Source of the DNA: a virus
Taxonomy: Duplodnaviria; Heunggongvirae; Uroviricota; Caudoviricetes
DNA length: 51,634 nucleotides
IMG/VR virus record: IMGVR_UViG_3300037851_000307
Location: 1-51,634 of that record
Reading direction: 5' to 3' (one strand)
The notes beneath the pieces are model-generated. The model searched no databases and was not told where the DNA came from. It saw only the letters and a program-made list of their open reading frames with translations. The position numbers and the translations under genes are program-made. Shown here piece by piece: positions 22,097-31,441 of this stretch. The number at the start of each line of letters is the position of its first letter. The stretch's first letter is position 1.

Positions 22097-22816
22097 ATGA
22101 GAATTGGTCAAAGAATTAAGCAAGAAAAAATCGGAGCCATCAGTCATTCTGTTGGAATCGTTACACTTCAACCATCTATATTAAATATAGGTGGTCTACA
22201 AGTAGAAACAGATGTGCTATCAAGAACAATTACTTCTGATGTAACCTTAACTGCCAATAACTTATATATGGTTTACGTTGTGCTGTCAGCTGGCGTTCCA
22301 GTTATAAGAATTAGCACTAATGTAAACAGCATTGGTCCTGCTGGATTTTCTAGTTGGAAATTAGTAGGCGCTTTTTACACAAATCCATCTGCGTTATTTA
22401 ATGCTTTTGTAAGTAAATCTTCAATAACTCCAAGTACCTTTAGAGTATTAAACTCTGGTTCTGGAACATACAACACTCCTGCTTATGCTACAGCATTAAA
22501 AATAACACTTGTTGGTGGTGGCGGAGGTGGCTCTGGTGGAGTTGGTGGCGGTGGTAACGGTGCTGTCGGCGGTGGCGGAGGTGGCGGAAGTAAAACTTAC
22601 GCTGACAGCTCTTCTAGATCTGGTTCTGGTGGAGGTGGAGGTTCTTGCATACAAGCATTAATTGTTTCTCCTCTTGCAAGTTATTCATATTCAGTAGGAT
22701 CAGGTGGTTCTGCAGGAGCTGCGGGAACTAATGGCGGCGGCGGAGATACTGGTAGAACTGGCATCATTGTCATCGAAGAAATTAAACCCAACCTTGAATA
22801 CTTAGAGGATTTATAA
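22097..22816 (+). CDS. Glycine-rich tail-associated protein, 239 aa
   Basis: C-terminal LKITLVGGGGGG..GGGGG..YSYSVGSGGSAG..GIIVIEE glycine-rich domain, common in tail modules. Confidence 0.55.
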   Translation: MRIGQRIKQEKIGAISHSVGIVTLQPSILNIGGLQVETDVLSRTITSDVTLTANNLYMVYVVLSAGVPVIRISTNVNSIGPAGFSSWKLVGAFYTNPSALFNAFVSKSSITPSTFRVLNSGSGTYNTPAYATALKITLVGGGGGGSGGVGGGGNGAVGGGGGGGSKTYADSSSRSGSGGGGGSCIQALIVSPLASYSYSVGSGGSAGAAGTNGGGGDTGRTGIIVIEEIKPNLEYLEDL

Positions 22817-22817
22817 T

Positions 22818-23354
22818 ATGGCATTAGTAGCACGACTTCAAACAACTAGAAGCATTACTCAAGGTGATTTAAATCCTGTGGGTATGATAGTACCTAGTAT
22901 GTTAACAGAAGCACAATTTCAAGCATTAAATGGTACATCGTGGGTATTAGCATATGGACAAAGTGTAGCTGGTAGTAGCTACGCAACAGTAACTGGAAAC
23001 ACTAATGTTCCAGACTTAAGAGGTCGCGTTGTTGCTGGAAAAGATGATATGGGTGGATCTGCAGCCAACAGATTAACATCTGGCGGTTCTGGAGTAAATG
23101 GTGCTTCATTGGGTGCAGTTGGTGGAGCCGAAACCCATACTTTAACTACAGCTCAAATGCCGTCTCACTCGCACGTTTTAACGGGATCTAATTGGATGCA
23201 AGGCAATGTGGCCGGCGATGGTACATTTAATGACGGTTTATCGGCACCTAAAAATTATACTACAGACCCAGCAACTTCATCAGTTGGTTCCGGTAATGCT
23301 CACAACAATACACAACCAACAATGGTAGTAAACTATTTTATAAAGATTAACTAA
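22818..23354 (+). CDS. Tail collar domain protein (short fibre), 178 aa
   Basis: GMIVP..WVLAYGQ..VPDLRGRVVAG..HTLTTAQMPSHSH..HNNTQPTMVVNYFIK is the tail-collar signature. Confidence 0.85.
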   Translation: MALVARLQTTRSITQGDLNPVGMIVPSMLTEAQFQALNGTSWVLAYGQSVAGSSYATVTGNTNVPDLRGRVVAGKDDMGGSAANRLTSGGSGVNGASLGAVGGAETHTLTTAQMPSHSHVLTGSNWMQGNVAGDGTFNDGLSAPKNYTTDPATSSVGSGNAHNNTQPTMVVNYFIKIN

Positions 23355-23363
23355 GGATAACTT

Positions 23364-24635
23364 ATGTCATTAACCGGTAAGGGAACATTATCTATAAGAC
23401 GCAAAGATGTAGCAGAACAGAAATCAATTGCCGTTGGTTTCAAGAAGATTCAGTTCGCACACAAAGCAACCTTAGGTGATACTGGTATCAATTTAAATGC
23501 TTTAGTGCTACCACCTGAAATGTCAGGTTTCACTAATCCAAGTCCTGCAGAGATGCTTCAAGCAAATCTTTATTTTTATAGAAAAAACCTTACATTAATC
23601 AGTTCAACTAAAGGTGTATTGATAGATTATTTGTCATACAGTGTTGATAGTTCTAGTCAAATAAATTTTGTAGGCTTTACCGCAGACGACGGCGAAATTT
23701 TTACTGGAATCATAGATGGTAACGCCCGTAGCGGTGTCCAACTTGTTGACGCAGAACCTTTAGTTTCTACTGGTGAATTAGCAGTTGGAGTAACAGATTA
23801 CAACGTAGGACAACTTTTTGAAGTCAATAAATACTCTTCAAGTCAAGTGGGCGCTGTAGTTGTGTACAGAAACGGTGTTCAACAATTTAGAAACACAGGA
23901 AACAGTTCGACTATTTTAGACGGTAACTATTATGAAGTCAATAATGGATCAGGAACTGGTCAATTGATTAGATTCAATAGCGCGCCAGCAATTGAGTCAG
24001 ATAGCATTTTAGTTGTAAGCAATGGCTTAATGGCATACAATCCTGATGGCTCTGCTTTACAGAAAATAGAAAACCTAAGCGGCAAGATTGACAGCATGAT
24101 ACCTACATTAGCCGCATTAGCTAGCGTACCAGAAAGTAATTTTGGTGGTGTAACAAATCCAGATCTAAAATCATTTGGAGATTATGTTTTAACTCAAGCA
24201 GCTAGAATTCAAGAATTAGAAGACATAGCTGATACATATATAAATCAAGTTAGCGCTACAAAAACCGTTGTCGCCAATGCTCAACAACTGATGTCTGGCA
24301 ATTCCGTAACTATTCCTGTTGGTGAAGAATGGGAACTATCAGGCACAGTATCGTTTTTTAACAGTGGCGGTAATGCAAGTTACACTTTTGTTATGGCAGC
24401 TTGGGCAAACGCCAATGGAGATGATGTAACTACTACAACACCAGTTGCGCCAACTGGAAAAATTGCTGGAGAAAGCGATCATAGAATGAGTGTAACAACA
24501 CAAGATCAAATTAAAATACCCGCTCCAACCATTAGATGCACTGGGGGAACTGTTTATTTAGTTCCATTATTGACAGCAGGAATTATTGCAAATGCAAGAG
24601 TTATTACGACAATCTATGCTAGGAGAATAAAGTAA
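23364..24635 (+). CDS. Tail fibre-associated protein, 423 aa
   Basis: Inside the fibre cluster. Beta-rich (VVYRNGVQQFR..YYEV..IRFNSAP), with a central helical/coiled segment and a C-terminal beta domain. Confidence 0.45.
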   Translation: MSLTGKGTLSIRRKDVAEQKSIAVGFKKIQFAHKATLGDTGINLNALVLPPEMSGFTNPSPAEMLQANLYFYRKNLTLISSTKGVLIDYLSYSVDSSSQINFVGFTADDGEIFTGIIDGNARSGVQLVDAEPLVSTGELAVGVTDYNVGQLFEVNKYSSSQVGAVVVYRNGVQQFRNTGNSSTILDGNYYEVNNGSGTGQLIRFNSAPAIESDSILVVSNGLMAYNPDGSALQKIENLSGKIDSMIPTLAALASVPESNFGGVTNPDLKSFGDYVLTQAARIQELEDIADTYINQVSATKTVVANAQQLMSGNSVTIPVGEEWELSGTVSFFNSGGNASYTFVMAAWANANGDDVTTTTPVAPTGKIAGESDHRMSVTTQDQIKIPAPTIRCTGGTVYLVPLLTAGIIANARVITTIYARRIK

Positions 24636-24636
24636 T

Positions 24637-25701
24637 ATGGCAGCAAAAACACCAGAATTAGACATTAGAATTCTTCAGGGCAAAAATAAGATCATCAATG
24701 GAGATATGCGTGTAGATCAGCGTAACGTTGGCAACAGCACAACATTGACAAATGGCGTGTATAATTTAGATCGTTGGGCTGGCCAAAAATCAAATGCTGG
24801 TGTAGTAACAGTACAGCAAGCAACAGATTCAGTTCCTGCTGGTTTTACTCATGCTATGAAGTTTACAGTTGCAACAGCAGATGCTTCAGTAGCAGCTGGA
24901 GATTATGATGGTTTTCATCAATACATAGAAGGCTCAAATTGCGCAGATTTAGATTTTGGAAAATCGACGGCAAAAGATATCACTTTATCTTTTTGGGTTC
25001 GTTCAAGTAAAACTGGAATCTATAGTGGTTCTATAATGAATTCTGCAGCAAACAGATCAAGAACCTTTGAATATACAATCAACTCAGCAAACACATGGGA
25101 ATATAAAACCATTACGTTAAGTGGTGATACATCTGGCGTATGGCTAACTACAATTGCAATAGGTTTACGCGTATTTTTTAGTTTTATGTGTGGAACAACT
25201 TGGCAACAAGCAGCTGGATCTTGGGGATCTGGTAACGTTGTTGGTACAAGTAATCAAGTTAATTGGTTAGATACACTAGGCGCTACTTTTTATATCACCG
25301 GAGTGCAATTAGAGGTTGGAAATCAAGCAAGTGCGTTTGAAAATAAAACTTTTGTTGAAAACTTAGATGCATGTCGCCGCTACTATGAAAAAACATATCC
25401 AGATTCATTAACACCTGGAACAATAAGCACAAATCAGCTACTTTACATATCTAATACATCTACTGGTTCAGCGAGTCCCGTTGGAACATGGTATTACAAG
25501 GTGTCAAAAAGAGCATCTCCGACTTTTACATTTTACAACAGTTCAACTGGTGGAACAGGCACATGGAGAACAACTGGTGGGGTAGACCACAACATGAGTT
25601 TGATCAATAACTATGAAAACTATGTATCGTATCAACCCAATACAGCAATTGCAGCTGGGGTTGCTACAGTAGGACATGCAACAGCAGATTGTGAATTATA
25701 A
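24637..25701 (+). CDS. Tail fibre / receptor-binding protein, paralog of 20970-22088, 354 aa
   Basis: KNKIINGDMRVDQR, LSFWVRSSKTGIY, ITGVQLEVG, CRRYYEKTY. Confidence 0.65.
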   Translation: MAAKTPELDIRILQGKNKIINGDMRVDQRNVGNSTTLTNGVYNLDRWAGQKSNAGVVTVQQATDSVPAGFTHAMKFTVATADASVAAGDYDGFHQYIEGSNCADLDFGKSTAKDITLSFWVRSSKTGIYSGSIMNSAANRSRTFEYTINSANTWEYKTITLSGDTSGVWLTTIAIGLRVFFSFMCGTTWQQAAGSWGSGNVVGTSNQVNWLDTLGATFYITGVQLEVGNQASAFENKTFVENLDACRRYYEKTYPDSLTPGTISTNQLLYISNTSTGSASPVGTWYYKVSKRASPTFTFYNSSTGGTGTWRTTGGVDHNMSLINNYENYVSYQPNTAIAAGVATVGHATADCEL

Positions 25702-25754
25702 TCAGCCCTACAAAATTAGTAGGAATTAAGGTCTAGTAGACCGAAAGAGGAAAA

Positions 25755-26159
25755 ATGAGAATATTAATAGTAAAAAATAGTGATTTAAGTATCGCGTCAT
25801 ATTATGATGCTGATGCCCCAATGTCATACGGTGGTCCATGGGGAGATTCTACGCAGTTTACTCATGTGGTTGTTCCAAATGAAATGGACCCTGATTGTGT
25901 TGTGGTCGTGGATAACGAAGGTATTCTTGAAGCTCAAGAAGATCAAGCATTATTAGATGCTAAAGAAGAAAGACAATGGGAAGCTTTACGTAAAGAAAGA
26001 GACAAGCGTTTAGCTGAGTCTGATTGGACTCAAATCATGGATTCTCCTTTGAGCACAGAGGCTAGAGATGCTTGGATTATCTATCGTCAAGAGCTACGCG
26101 ATATTCCAGAGAACACAGAAGATCCTGCAAACCCTGATTGGCCAGAGAGACCAGAATAA
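25755..26159 (+). CDS. Tail fibre assembly chaperone, 134 aa
   Basis: WEALRKERDKRLAESDWTQIMDSPL..W..YRQELRDIPE..PDWPERP is the tail-assembly chaperone signature. Confidence 0.85.
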   Translation: MRILIVKNSDLSIASYYDADAPMSYGGPWGDSTQFTHVVVPNEMDPDCVVVVDNEGILEAQEDQALLDAKEERQWEALRKERDKRLAESDWTQIMDSPLSTEARDAWIIYRQELRDIPENTEDPANPDWPERPE

Positions 26160-26851
26160 TGCTATACAAAGATAAATATGGATATCCAGTAGAAGCTAGA
26201 TACGACGGTGGAGATTCTGCTGTTCGCATTGGTATTTTAGCGCTATGCGAAAAAGAAAACGACACCAAAAAGATGTCATCATATGAAGTTGAACCAGGTA
26301 TGCTTACTCGCCATCCAACGCAATTTCCTTGGAATAATCCCAAGAATTACTCTAGAGACCAACTGATGTGTTTTTTGGCTGGCTTAAACAAACTTCAAAT
26401 GACCGATTTAGCAAAAAGGGTTTTTTGGTCTCGATTTAAGTCATTTTTCTTTGCTCAAAATATTGAGCGCGATGTACCTGGTAGCAGAAAATATCCATGG
26501 CCACATTGCTTTAACAGAATGGAAGATGGCTTGGAAGAATGTAGGAAATTTGATTTTGCAGATCCGCTCCTTCCAAATCATATCTGGGCCATGATCAAAA
26601 CAGCAAAAATATATTGGTTATATTGGTTTGCACCAATTGGTGTCATGTTTTATATACTTACGCTCATTGGTCATAGTTTGGGTAAACACTACGAAGAAAA
26701 CCAGTTAATCTGCGAATCTTCTATAAACGGTAAATGGGCCTTGTGGCTTTATAAATTGATTAACAAAAAATGGGAATCAGTTAGCTTTAAATACTGGGAA
26801 GATAGAGGCGAAATAGAGTACCACGATATGCTTAAGAAGTTTCTTTCTTAG
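26159..26851 (+). CDS. Hypothetical protein, ~230 aa, helical with a hydrophobic C-terminal segment
   Basis: ATG at 26159 overlaps the previous stop (TAATG), so it is a better start than 26138. Motifs DGGDSA, RHP.Q.PW, SRDQ. Confidence 0.6.
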   Translation: MLYKDKYGYPVEARYDGGDSAVRIGILALCEKENDTKKMSSYEVEPGMLTRHPTQFPWNNPKNYSRDQLMCFLAGLNKLQMTDLAKRVFWSRFKSFFFAQNIERDVPGSRKYPWPHCFNRMEDGLEECRKFDFADPLLPNHIWAMIKTAKIYWLYWFAPIGVMFYILTLIGHSLGKHYEENQLICESSINGKWALWLYKLINKKWESVSFKYWEDRGEIEYHDMLKKFLS

Positions 26852-27002
26852 CGTGTTTAGTTTTTCTAGAATATTTCTTCTTATCTTTAAAGATTTTAGT
26901 AGGTGGAGCAGTTGGCTTTCTTAATTTTTTAAAAAGCCATTGATCTAATTCTTTCGAATTCACTTTTCCATCTTTATTCGGTTTTGGTCTCTTCTTGCTC
27001 AT
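26832..27002 (-). CDS. Unannotated 56-aa highly basic protein with ArfA-like KKKYSRKTKH motif
   Basis: Hand translation: MSKKRPKPNKDGKVNSKELDQWLFKKLRKPTAPPTKIFKDKKKYSRKTKHAKKETS*. GGGG about 7 nt upstream of the ATG. Overlaps the end of the upstream co-oriented gene and fills an otherwise empty gap. Confidence 0.6.
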   Translation of the reverse strand: MSKKRPKPNKDGKVNSKELDQWLFKKLRKPTAPPTKIFKDKKKYSRKTKHAKKETS

Positions 27003-27405
27003 CTAAAACCCCAACATCTTCTAACAAAGCTTGTGTTATATCTATGTACTCTACCAGATCTTTTCCAGGATTGGCGTTAAGAAAAATGTTAGACCATGTA
27101 ATCTTTAATCCTGTTGCGCGCAAATCTTGCCAAGATTGTGCATCGTTCCAAAGTATCTCTAACTTAACATGAGGATCAACCAATTTAAATTGCTCATCTA
27201 ACATCTTACAGTTTGCGGTAAGCATTCTGTCAAAATCTACTGGATCTTTATGAAAACCATACATCTTCTCCATTTCTTTTAAGAAAGTAAAGAAATGTTT
27301 AGCATACGACGCTTTCTTGGCTGTACGAGCCTTCAATTCTTTCAACCGCTTTGCTCTTTTTGCAATACGATCTAGCATCTTTGTTCTCTCAGATCTATTA
27401 GACAC
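26974..27405 (-). CDS. Hypothetical protein, 143 aa
   Basis: Co-oriented and overlapping with the primase gene; basic N-terminus. Confidence 0.65.
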   Translation of the reverse strand: MSNRSERTKMLDRIAKRAKRLKELKARTAKKASYAKHFFTFLKEMEKMYGFHKDPVDFDRMLTANCKMLDEQFKLVDPHVKLEILWNDAQSWQDLRATGLKITWSNIFLNANPGKDLVEYIDITQALLEDVGVLDEQEETKTE

Positions 27406-28270
27406 TTTGCACCTGTTTTAAGAACCATTTAGCGAACTCTTCGTGATTCATTCTTTTCAGAACATCATTCCAATCTTCTTTAGCATCCATAGTTAATGCA
27501 TAATGAGATATTGCGTCTGATTCTTTTAGTTTTTGCAACATCATTAGTCCTGCTTCGTCTGAGTCTGGTGCTCCGATGACTCTGAGTCCTTGTTTTTTAA
27601 GTTCTCCGAGCGTTTCTTTTTGATGTGCTGATAAACCAGAACCGGAACAAGCAATAACCCTCCAGGGACTACGAGTAATACCACCAAATATTTGATTAAG
27701 TGACTGTTGAATTGCCAACGCATTAAAAGCACCTTCTGTTACTATAACACCTTTGATGTCAGTAACAAACTTATCTTGATTCCAATTATAAAACACAAGT
27801 CCTAATCTTGTTCCTGGCAGTGTGTCAATTTTTCTCTCATCTCCATGCTTATCAACCCATGTTTGTAAAAAGCGCACTTGAGCGCCCACAAAAACATTAT
27901 TGTAATAATATGGAAATACAATACCTTTGCGTTCAAGATCGTAGTACATATCGCCTTCGATCTTTAAACCTCTAGATTGAATATACTCGATGCCTGGTTT
28001 TGCTCTAGGATCAGATAGGGTGATGAAATTAGTGGGCCATTCCATCTTATTGACTTCATTTGGTTTTGCCTCTACGAAGTCAAAGTCACCTTTTAGGAAC
28101 TCATTTAATGGGATATCAGCATGATGACAATAAGAATACAAAGAATAACCTCTTTTGCACTTACCTACACAATAAACCCATATTTGTCCATTATCTGGGT
28201 CTATGTGCCAGTGCAAGCAATCATTCTTCTTCCCGTCCTTGCAAATCAGGCACTTTTTGGTACTGATCAT
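27398..28270 (-). CDS. DNA primase (Zn-binding + TOPRIM), 290 aa
   Basis: N-terminal CLIC..CVGKC zinc ligands; TOPRIM motifs IVTEGAFNALA and PDSDEAG. Confidence 0.85.
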   Translation of the reverse strand: MISTKKCLICKDGKKNDCLHWHIDPDNGQIWVYCVGKCKRGYSLYSYCHHADIPLNEFLKGDFDFVEAKPNEVNKMEWPTNFITLSDPRAKPGIEYIQSRGLKIEGDMYYDLERKGIVFPYYYNNVFVGAQVRFLQTWVDKHGDERKIDTLPGTRLGLVFYNWNQDKFVTDIKGVIVTEGAFNALAIQQSLNQIFGGITRSPWRVIACSGSGLSAHQKETLGELKKQGLRVIGAPDSDEAGLMMLQKLKESDAISHYALTMDAKEDWNDVLKRMNHEEFAKWFLKQVQSV

Positions 28271-29276
28271 ACTTACCTTCTACTTCTGTAGCTATTTTAT
28301 CCAATTTTCTTTGGATAATTGATTGTTTAAACTCTTCTGTCATATTTACATAGCGACCCTTATTAAAGCCACATAGTATCCTGTTTCCTTGCATACCAAA
28401 ACGATCTTTATGGATGATAAATTCAGTAGTTTGATCATCGAAATTAGGTATTGCCTCTAATACAACAGTTGATGGCTCTAAGATTGCTGGGCACTCTTTA
28501 ATCCTGCTATCTAAATCTTTATTCTGCCTTTTACCAATAGAGTGCAGCTGAGCAAACACGACAATTGGTACGTTTGAGTTTTTGATATATTGACCAAGCC
28601 ATATACGAAAATCATTCAACACATCATATCTGCTTCTAGTTTTATCTAAAGCAGAATATTGTATAAGCTGATAATAATCTATTAACGCACAAGAGTAATC
28701 AGCGTCTTTTACCGCTAAAAGAGCATTCTTGACGCCTTCAAGTTTAGTGGTTAAACCGTCTTTATAGTTAACATCTAATACCTTTACGTGCTGTGATATC
28801 TCAGGGAATCGCTTCACAATCTCCGATTGAATATTGATTGGCATAGAGCCCTTTTTATAATCATTAAAATTATAACCAAGCTCTAAACAAGCAATACGAA
28901 ACAATACGTCTTGTTTTGATTCCTCGTTTGTTAAAACTAAAGTCTTTTTGCCCTGTTTCCAAAGAGGAAACGTTATGTTTGCGGCTATGGTACTTTTACC
29001 AGAACCAGTATAGGCAGCTATTAGATATAGATTTTCTCGTGTAAACGGGATAGCAGCCGTGAGCGAATCATTGATAAAAGTTATCTTCTCAGACAACATC
29101 TTATTGTATTTAGATATGTCTGTAAACATCTCTTTTAGAGAATCTTTATCACCAAATGAATCAACGTCATCTAGAGATACATCGAGATGAGAAATGTCTG
29201 GCGCAGCCTGCTGATTGTATTTTTTAGGTGCATTGTCCATAATCTGTTTTACTGCCTCAGGAGTTAACTTACTCAT
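28221..29276 (-). CDS. dnaB: DnaB-like (SF4) replicative helicase, compact, 351 aa
   Basis: Walker A AAYTGSGKST, Walker B LIDYYQLI, FAQL and KDRFG motifs; adjacent to primase. Confidence 0.85.
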   Translation of the reverse strand: MSKLTPEAVKQIMDNAPKKYNQQAAPDISHLDVSLDDVDSFGDKDSLKEMFTDISKYNKMLSEKITFINDSLTAAIPFTRENLYLIAAYTGSGKSTIAANITFPLWKQGKKTLVLTNEESKQDVLFRIACLELGYNFNDYKKGSMPINIQSEIVKRFPEISQHVKVLDVNYKDGLTTKLEGVKNALLAVKDADYSCALIDYYQLIQYSALDKTRSRYDVLNDFRIWLGQYIKNSNVPIVVFAQLHSIGKRQNKDLDSRIKECPAILEPSTVVLEAIPNFDDQTTEFIIHKDRFGMQGNRILCGFNKGRYVNMTEEFKQSIIQRKLDKIATEVEGKYDQYQKVPDLQGREEE

Positions 29277-29781
29277 CTTTTTCTCCTAAGTCTACATCTA
29301 ATGGCTGTGTCAAGTCGACCTCTAATTGTTTCATTCTTTGCTGAATCTCTTCAAATGTGATAATTGGAAAAGATTCAGCATATTTTCTTTGTGCTCTGTA
29401 TTCTCTAGCACTCATTTTTCCAAACTGCGGTTCTTCTTTCGGAGATTGGCCGTCGTAGAAAGCATAGAACGATTGTACCGCTGTTTCTTTAATGTCTTTT
29501 TTCCAACCATCTATAAACTCTTGATAAGACTTTTTATCAGCACCTTTTCTTTTCTCTGTTGCATCATAGGTTTTTCTAGCAATAAAGTCAGATGGATAAT
29601 GCGCTTTTGCCGCAGTCTCTATTATCTCATGCGCTGTATCAAAATCTATATCTGCATTAAATAAAGCATTAAACAGATCATCGAAATTAGAAGAAACATT
29701 TGCTCTACTTCTATCTTTGTCTTTTAACTCTGCTGTCCATTTTTCTAAAATGACAGTAGCAACTTTATCAGCTTTACTCAT
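29269..29781 (-). CDS. Hypothetical helical protein (possible helicase partner), ~170 aa
   Basis: Overlaps the helicase start. ATG 29781 has AAGGTG upstream. Confidence 0.6.
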   Translation of the reverse strand: MSKADKVATVILEKWTAELKDKDRSRANVSSNFDDLFNALFNADIDFDTAHEIIETAAKAHYPSDFIARKTYDATEKRKGADKKSYQEFIDGWKKDIKETAVQSFYAFYDGQSPKEEPQFGKMSAREYRAQRKYAESFPIITFEEIQQRMKQLEVDLTQPLDVDLGEKDE

Positions 29782-29974
29782 TGTCATCACCTTCTATAGA
29801 TTGAGAGCTAACTATTTCAGTACTGTCTTTTAAGTTCGTAATGAGAATTTTAGCACTGTTGTGCTCTTTATCGATATGTAACAGCTCTACTTTGTACTCA
29901 TCATTGATGATAAACGGCTTCTTTTTACCAAGCCACCAATAGAGTGAATCCTTGATCTTCTTAGCGTAACCCAT
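29774..29974 (-). CDS. Hypothetical protein, 66 aa
   Basis: GGAGG Shine-Dalgarno before the ATG; first gene of the minus-strand island. Confidence 0.7.
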   Translation of the reverse strand: MGYAKKIKDSLYWWLGKKKPFIINDEYKVELLHIDKEHNSAKILITNLKDSTEIVSSQSIEGDDNE

Positions 29975-30013
29975 AAACCTCCAAACGGTTCAAATAAAAA
30001 CATTCTTTGTTAT

Positions 30014-30049
30014 TTTATACCAAACAAAAAATCATGCCAGCGGTACAAT
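30014..30049. promoter_or_regulatory. Divergent promoter pair: minus-strand G-TATAAA (30020-30014) and plus-strand G-TACAAT (30043-30049)
   Basis: Located at the strand switch. The plus-strand element is 6 nt before ATG 30056. Confidence 0.6.
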
Positions 30050-30055
30050 AGATAC

Positions 30056-31441
30056 ATGAAAGCAACGATAACAAACAAAATAACAGTCATCGAGAATCCC
30101 TCAGATGAACTTAAATTATTTCTAAACAAAGAGCTTTCATATGTTGATAAAGCTAAAAAGTATCAACTTACAAGAATGTCTAGAAATCCATTCACTAAAA
30201 ACTCTGCTCTTTTTAAGAAACTGCAAGCTGAAAGTGAAGGCAACTTACTTAAAGTGCATCCAAGTGGCAACTATCTAGTTATACCATCTGCTCTTTTGTA
30301 TTTGTTAAATAATTTTACAATCTCAACAATAGACAAAAGGTCTACAACAGGAATTACGGTTCCATTGCCATGGGTAAATAAGCCACATGATTTAAGAGAT
30401 TATCAGCAAGAAGCTGCAGATTTAATGGACTCAAATTATAGAGGCATTATCAATTTTGCCACTGGATTAGGCAAGACACTGCTTGCTACACATTCTATTA
30501 AAAGACATAGAACAAAAACATTAGTAGTCTGCCCAACTGATAGCGTGGCAAAGCAGTTTTATAAAGAACTGGTGTCTGCTTTTGGTGAAGTTAAAGTGGG
30601 TTTTTTTGGCGATGGCAAGAAGAAAATTAAAGACATAACAGTTGGCATTGCTGCATCTGTATATAAAAATGTAGATTTATTTAAAAAAGAAAATTTAGGT
30701 CTAATTATTATAGATGAGGCACATCATATTCCTGCATCTACTTTTTATAATATTGCCACTGAGTTAGGTGACGTTGGTAAGATTTTTGGCTTAACTGCTA
30801 CTGACTATAGATCAGACGGTAAAGACATAATGATATCTGCTGGCTGCGGTGATGTTTTAATATCTAAAGACATCAAATGGGGTGTAGCAAACGGTTGGCT
30901 TGCTGAGCCAATATTTATTATCCGTGAAGTAAAGACTGGTGGAAAAGATTTTAGAGACGATAAGCTAAAAAATTATATAGAGCACGTTAGAAACTCTTCG
31001 ATAATGAAAGATCAGATATTAAATGATATTAAAGCCTTTATAAGTAAAGGTAAGTCAGTATTATGTTTAGTTGATGAAGTTGCTCATGGTGAAGAATTGT
31101 CTAAATTACTGGGTATTCCCTTTGCTACTGGAAAAGACTCTAAGTCGCAAGAATACGTAGATCAGTTAAATGCAGGAAAGATACCTGGATTGATAGGTAC
31201 CGATGGTAAGGTTGGCGAAGGTACAGATACTAAAAACGTAGATGTATTAGTTATGGCTAACTTTGTTGCAAGTAAAGGACCAGTTATCCAAGGTGTAGGT
31301 AGAGGACTAAGGAAACAAGGTCAAAAGACTCATTGCATCATACTTGACTATATTCCAGTTAGCTCAAAGATGCTTGAAAGACACGCCTTAAATCGTATAA
31401 AGTTCTATAAAGAAATAACAGACAAGGTGACAATTATATGA
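30056..31441 (+). CDS. SF2 DExH helicase (UvsW-like), 461 aa
   Basis: LRDYQ, ATGLGKT, DEAHH, GLTAT and QGVGRGLR motifs. Confidence 0.9.
   Translation: MKATITNKITVIENPSDELKLFLNKELSYVDKAKKYQLTRMSRNPFTKNSALFKKLQAESEGNLLKVHPSGNYLVIPSALLYLLNNFTISTIDKRSTTGITVPLPWVNKPHDLRDYQQEAADLMDSNYRGIINFATGLGKTLLATHSIKRHRTKTLVVCPTDSVAKQFYKELVSAFGEVKVGFFGDGKKKIKDITVGIAASVYKNVDLFKKENLGLIIIDEAHHIPASTFYNIATELGDVGKIFGLTATDYRSDGKDIMISAGCGDVLISKDIKWGVANGWLAEPIFIIREVKTGGKDFRDDKLKNYIEHVRNSSIMKDQILNDIKAFISKGKSVLCLVDEVAHGEELSKLLGIPFATGKDSKSQEYVDQLNAGKIPGLIGTDGKVGEGTDTKNVDVLVMANFVASKGPVIQGVGRGLRKQGQKTHCIILDYIPVSSKMLERHALNRIKFYKEITDKVTII

Noticed and set aside
22500-22760. GGT/GGC-rich repeats as an array or CRISPR
   Set aside because: They are in-frame glycine runs of a coding domain; no repeat-spacer periodicity appears anywhere in the window.
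20970-25701. Diversity-generating retroelement or invertible fibre cassette
   Set aside because: The paralogs are too diverged for a TR/VR pair, and no reverse transcriptase, recombinase or flanking inverted repeats are seen in the window.
25707-25742. Two short hairpins before the chaperone gene (CCTAC/GTAGG, GGTCT/AGACC)
   Set aside because: Only 5-bp stems with no U-tract; they could be processing sites but are too weak to call.
1-26900. Bacterial extracellular contractile injection system or T6SS locus
   Set aside because: It is contiguous with phage-type primase, helicase, gp32/UvsY/UvsW-like genes, endolysin and tRNAs, with no host housekeeping context.
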